Shown: positions 27,653 through 32,000 of the stretch, in pieces
How positions within the stretch are numbered: position 1 is the stretch's first letter
Layout: every line of letters starts with the position of its first letter
Translations under genes and position numbers: made by a program
The notes under the pieces: generated by a model
Seen by the model: the letters and a program-made list of their open reading frames with translations, nothing else
Databases searched by the model: none
What the model was told of the DNA's origin: nothing
Assembly: GCA_942493095.1 (NCBI GenBank)
Contig: OW818675.1
Location: 390,001-422,000 of the forward strand
Reading direction: 5' to 3'
DNA: 32,000 bases
DNA from: Candidatus Electronema halotolerans
GTDB taxonomy: Bacteria; Desulfobacterota; Desulfobulbia; Desulfobulbales; Desulfobulbaceae

Positions 27653-28341
27653 GAGATGTGTGATCGCTTATACGAGAAATTCAATTTAAAAATAGCACCT
27701 TCCACGCTGTGCGAAACTCTCGCCAGACTGAAAATCAGCCGGAAAAAAAAACTTTCCGCGATCCGGCGGCGTATAAAGAAGAAAATATAGCAAAGACAGT
27801 TAATTACCTTGCAGGCCTGATCGAGGCTGACAAAAAGAATTTCATCTTTATTGATGAGACAGGATGCTGTTTGAACATGTCGAGAAAATTTGCAAGATCA
27901 AGAAAAGGAACAAGAGCTTTTTCAAAAAGACCTTCAGGTAAAGGGAAAAGAATAAGCATGATAGGAGCTGTAAAGTTTGGAAAAATATTGAAGTGCATGA
28001 AATTTAAAGGAACCATGACAGGAGATGTCTTTTATTTCTATATAAAAAATTATCTTTTGAAATATCTTGACAGCAGTAAGACAGTCGTTCTTGACAATGC
28101 CAGTCCTCATAAAAACAAAGAAGCTCTCGCTTTGATCAGAAGTACAGGAGCGAAGATCATTTTCCTCCCTCCTTATCGTCCTGAACTGAACCCTATTGAA
28201 TACTGCTGGTCAGTAATGAAAAACACTATAAGAAAATTGAAGCCGAGAACAGAGCGTGAGCTGATGGAAGCTTATGATATATCTCTGAAAACGGTTAAGT
28301 CAAAATCAATCAAATCGTTTTTCCGTCATTGCTGGGTTTGA
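27653..28341 (+). pseudogene. IS630 transposase, C-terminal DDE part (ORF 27709-28341), separated from the N-terminal part by the IS5 element and an A9 frame change
   Basis: IFIDETGCCLNMSRKFARSRKG; VVLDNASPHKNKEAL; IIFLPPYRPELNPIEYCWSVMK. Confidence 0.88.
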
Positions 28342-28365
28342 TATCTGTTCAATACGAAACCGCTA

Positions 28366-30387
28366 TACGTCAGGTTTGTGTCTTGGCCGGGCCGGGGCCA
28401 CCTCTCCACCCTGTTCGCGGTGCGCATCTACAAGCAGTATGGCGATGAATCCATTGCCCTTGTCTCGGCCAATCCCTATCGTCTGGCCGAAGATTTCTAC
28501 GGCATCGGCTTTTTCTCGGCAGACAAGGTGGCCCTGTCCATTGGTTTCAGCCAAGATTCGTCTCTGCGCATCACTGCCGCCATCCGCCACGTCCTCAACG
28601 CCAGCCGGGAACAGGGGCATTGCTGGCTGACCCAGGCCCAGATTGACAAGCAAGTATCCGAGCTGCTGCAACTGAGTCTTTCTGACCGCATCGCCCTGTT
28701 TCTCCACGAAATGGAGCAGCAGGACAAGCTGCGTGTCCGCCTGCTGGTCACGCGCAAGGGCCGGGAGGCGGAACGCTGCTACTACTCGAAGAGCCTGTAT
28801 TATGACGAGAAGTACGTGGCCGAGCGGCTGCGGGCTATGGTGCGGCCTTTGCCGCATAGTGTTGAACGGATTACCGATTGGCTGCGGCGTGCTGGAGAAA
28901 CGACAAGTTTTCAGCTTGCGGCAGAACAGGCCTCGGCAATTTTGACCATAGCCTGCTGTCAGTTCGCCATTCTCACCGGCGGGCCGGGCTGCGGCAAGAC
29001 CACGACCACGCGGGTCTTGGTCGCCCTGCTGCGGGCTATGGGCCGCTCAGTGACGCTGGCTGCGCCCACAGGCCGGGCCGCGCAGCGCATGGGCGAGGTC
29101 ATCGGCTTGGAGGCCAAGACCATCCACCGTTTGCTGGAGTTCCAAGGCACAGGCTTCAAGCGCAACGAGGACAATCCCCTCAAGACGGATGTCCTGATTG
29201 TTGATGAATGCTCAATGCTTGACATCAGCCTGACAGCGGCCCTGCTCAAGGCGGTCAGCAAGGAAACAGCCTTGGTCTTTATCGGCGATGCGGATCAGCT
29301 CCCTTCGGTCGGGGCAGGCAATGTGCTGCGTGATCTGATCGCATCCGGCAGCATTCCAGTCTGCACTTTGAACACCATTTTCCGCCAGGCGAGCCGCTCC
29401 AGCATCATCACCTTTGCCCACCAGATCAATCAAGGCGAAACGCCCAAGGTCGGCTCGCCGTTCAAGCATCCTGAGCTGTGGAAGAGCAACGACTGCCTGT
29501 TCATTGATTCCGACGAGGCGACGCAGGCCCAGCTCGGTTTCATCGCCAAGGCCCGGCAGCATTTTCAGACGGTCGAAGAGCGCGAGCAGGCCGGGACAGA
29601 AGACCCGTTCAGCTTTGAGGCTGAAACGATTAGCAGTCCGTATCAGCGTTTTGAGCTGCCAGAGCAGTTTCAGCATGTCAATCTGCACAGCTTGGCGGTT
29701 GCCGAAGGCCCGGTAGAAGAGCTGGCCGCAGTGGTGAAAAAGGTGCATCCTTGGTCATCGCTCTACTACGGCCTGACAGCGGCGGACACGGTGCGGCGGC
29801 TTTATACGGAATGGATTCCCAAATATTGCGGCAAGGACTGCGAAATTCAGGTGCTCTCGCCCATGAACCGGGGCAGTCTCGGCACAGGCGCGCTCAACAA
29901 GATGCTGCAAGAGGCGGTCAATCCACCGCAGGAAGGGCGGGCCGAAATCAGGCTCGGCGGCGAGCGGCTTTTCCGCACCGGCGACCGGGTCATTCATCGG
30001 CGCAACAACTATGATCTCGGCGTGTTCAACGGCGACATCGGCAGGATTATCGAGGTGAACAACGCGGATTTGACCCTGCGCGTCCGCTTCTTCCCGGATC
30101 AGCGTGAGGTCGAGTATCAGCGCGAGCAGCTTACGGAATTGGAACTGGCCTACGCGATCACCATTCACAAGGCGCAGGGTTCAGAGTTTGAGGCGGTGAT
30201 TCTGCCGGTGCTGACCCAGCATTTTCGGATGCTCTTCCACAACCTGCTCTACACCGGTCTGACGCGGGCACGGAAGCTGGCGGTGTTCGTCGGCACGAGG
30301 AAGGCGTTGACGATGGCGGTGAAGAATCGGGATACGGGGCTGCGGCAGACGGCGTTAAGGGACTTGGTGGGCGGAGAGGATTGCTGA
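28366..30387 (+). pseudogene. recD2: recD2 copy 2, 5'-truncated and internally deleted; large residual ORF 28378-30387
   Basis: Near-identical to copy 1 from HGISTLFAVRIYKQYG onward; retains what looks like the native end ALRDLVGGEDC*; lacks about 310 bp between VLAG and STLFAV, with frame change. Confidence 0.85.
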
Positions 30388-30405
30388 GAAATATTACAGT
30401 CGCAA

Positions 30406-30796
30406 TCACCAGATGCGCTGCAAGCCAGCATACTCATCAAAGGCTTGATCTCTGCTCAGAAGCGGCATGTTCTCCGCCAAACTTTGCGCGATGAGCAGGC
30501 GGTCAAACGGGTCTTTGTGATGAAACGGCATTGATCTGACAAAGTCCAGATGCTTCGGCTGCACAGGCAGCAGTTTCATCGCATTACCCCTGACATGCGT
30601 CTCAACCAAGTCCGGGAAGGAGAAGTTCAGCTTCAGTTTGCCCATGCTGGCCTTGATGGACATTTCCCAGAGGCTGGGCGATGCTGATCAGCCGTTCGTT
30701 GCGGATATCTTCGATGAGCTGCCGCGCCGGGCCGCTCAGATTCGGATTGCCGCCGATGAACCAGAGAAAAGTGTGCGTGTCCAGCAGAAGCTTTAT
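30406..30796 (-). pseudogene. VapC-like PIN-domain toxin, start codon apparently lost and one-base frameshift
   Basis: Frame A: (ATA)KLLLDTHTFLWFIGGNPNLSGPARQLIEDIRNERLISIA; frame B: SLWEMSIKASMGKLKLNFSFPDLV...PFHHKDPFDRLLIAQSLAENMPLLSRDQAFDEY; junction GCCCAGC where GCCAGC would keep the frame. Confidence 0.8.
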
Positions 30797-31017
30797 GGCA
30801 TGTAGTCCTCGAAATCATCAAGTGGCGCATCAAAATCATCCGCCATTTCAATCAGTCCAGCGGCACTGCCGAATTTCGGGCGCGGCAGGACAGGAAACGG
30901 CACGAGTTTGAATCCTGAGCCGTCATCCTTTGTGATGATGACTTCTTCGCCAGCGGCTGCCATTACAATCAGCTTGGCAAGCATGGTCTCCGCTGCTTTC
31001 AACGCGACTTGGGGCAT
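30793..31017 (-). CDS. Phd/YefM-like antitoxin
   Basis: MPQVALKAAETMLAKLIVMAAAGEEVIITKDDGSGFKLVPFP...DDFDAPLDDFEDYMP. Confidence 0.75.
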   Translation of the reverse strand: MPQVALKAAETMLAKLIVMAAAGEEVIITKDDGSGFKLVPFPVLPRPKFGSAAGLIEMADDFDAPLDDFEDYMP

Positions 31018-31130
31018 GTCAGCCTCCTGCTGTTGACAGCAACCAATGTTGTTTTTTGCTCCTGCTTGAATTTTCAGGAGAACGCTTTCAGCATAGCATG
31101 TTCAGGCGGGCAATGCAACGAGCTGAACGA

Positions 31131-31205
31131 CTGGCCTTTCTCTGTCGGCACGAGGAAAGCCTTGGCAATGGCGGTCAAGAATCTAATCACGATCTGGCGG
31201 CAGTG
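31131..31205 (+). pseudogene. recD2: Third, very short recD2 3' remnant
   Basis: TCTGTCGGCACGAGGAAAGCCTTGGCAATGGCGGTCAAGAAT...CTGGCGGCAG encodes SVGTRKALAMAVKN, matching FVGTRKALTMAVKNRDTGLRQ of the full copies. Confidence 0.7.
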
Positions 31206-31341
31206 CAGGTTCACGCCCGAATCGAGTCATCCCCAGCCGATGGACCCCATGTTGTCTTAGCAGGCAATTCAATGAAATGATTCACTTTGCGAAGCAATTT
31301 GTCTCTGCAATGTATCATCCGGGGCTTGACACCAGCCCGTC

Positions 31342-32000
31342 TTACAACAGCCCCGCCACCATCGCCTTGGCCTCGTCCTGAATCCGGGCCAAGTGCGCCG
31401 CATCAATGAAGCTCTCCGCATAAATCTTGTAGATGTCCTCGGTGCCGGAAGGGCGCAGGGCGCACCAGCCGTTTGCCGCAACAATCTTCAGGCCGCCGAT
31501 GGGCGCATCATTGCCCGGAGCCTTGGTCAGCACCGCCGTGATCGGCTCGCCAGCCAGCGTCTTGACTGACACATCTTCTGGCTGCAAATTTTTCAGCACC
31601 GCCTTTTGCGCAGGTGTGGCGGGCGCATCAATGCGGGCATAAATCGGCGCGCCAAACTGCTTGGTCAATTCCTGATAATGCTGGCCCGGATCGCGCCCGG
31701 TCTTGGCTGTGATTTCAGCGGCCAGCAGATTGAGGATGATGCCGTCCTTGTCTGTGCTCCAAACCGTGCCGTCCTTGCGCAGGAAGCTCGCGCCTGCGCT
31801 TTCCTCGCCGCCAAAAAAGATGCTGCCTTGGCGCAGGCCGTCAACAAACCACTTGAAGCCGACCGGCACTTCCACCACTTTGCGGCCCAGCGCGGCTGCG
31901 GCCCGGTCAATGATCGAGCTGCTGACCAAAGTCTTGCCAATCGCCAGATCATCCCGCCACTGCGGACGGTTCTGCGCCAAATACGAGATTGCCACGCTCA
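31342..32000 (-). CDS. pgm: Phosphoglucomutase, alpha-D-glucose phosphate-specific; 3' part, 5' end outside window
   Basis: [54 protein letters not shown]; [20 protein letters not shown]. Confidence 0.92.
   Translation of the reverse strand, partial: SVAISYLAQNRPQWRDDLAIGKTLVSSSIIDRAAAALGRKVVEVPVGFKWFVDGLRQGSIFFGGEESAGASFLRKDGTVWSTDKDGIILNLLAAEITAKTGRDPGQHYQELTKQFGAPIYARIDAPATPAQKAVLKNLQPEDVSVKTLAGEPITAVLTKAPGNDAPIGGLKIVAANGWCALRPSGTEDIYKIYAESFIDAAHLARIQDEAKAMVAGLL

Larger units (their letters stand above)
26012..28365 (+). mobile_element. IS630-family element (about 1045 bp when the nested IS is removed), interrupted
   Basis: Terminal inverted repeats TAGCGGTTTC...GAAACCGCTA, flanking TA at 26010-26011 and 28366-28367, HTH and DDE halves of the transposase inside. 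Confidence 0.88.

Noticed and set aside
30633-30851. Minus-strand 72-aa ORF spanning the PIN gene start
   Set aside because: It is in the wrong frame; the neighbouring frame encodes KLLLDTHTFLWFIGG, the PIN N-terminus.
1-32000. tRNA, rRNA, retron, CRISPR-cas, DGR, phage structural genes
   Set aside because: No cloverleaf, rRNA, reverse transcriptase, Cas or virion-like sequences were recognisable by eye in the window or in the ORF track.

Overview
The window looks like a Gram-negative, probably Desulfobulbales-like chromosome; taxonomy is inferred from protein style only. The GC-rich housekeeping backbone (about 1-17.5 kb) carries: the tail of a SAM hydroxide adenosyltransferase-like gene, a lipoprotein, a VWA/YfbK-type protein, a 14-unit RCC1-repeat secreted protein, a CvpA-family protein, an Sfp-type PPTase, ppk1, a stand-alone AICAR transformylase (purH-like), an O-acetylhomoserine sulfhydrylase-like gene, a polyprenyl synthetase and rfbB/rfbC. 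From about 17.5 to 31.2 kb it becomes a visibly AT-richer accessory zone. That zone holds a tight four-gene cluster (membrane-anchored SNase-like nuclease plus three uncharacterised proteins, two of them with C-terminal TM helices). It also holds recD2 copy 1 with a remodelled C-terminus, an OmpP1/FadL-like porin, two secreted Cys-containing hypothetical proteins, and a second, broken recD2. The second recD2 is interrupted by an IS630-family element, which is itself interrupted by an IS5-family element. TSDs, TIRs and restored reading frame support this nesting. A third tiny recD2 3' remnant, a degraded Phd/VapC-like module and the 3' part of pgm follow. The best candidate for an undescribed system is the 17.6-19.7 kb cluster, whose edges carry a perfect inverted 10-mer (TTGTTAGGGC / GCCCTAACAA) reminiscent of integron attC core sites; its function is not determinable from sequence alone.
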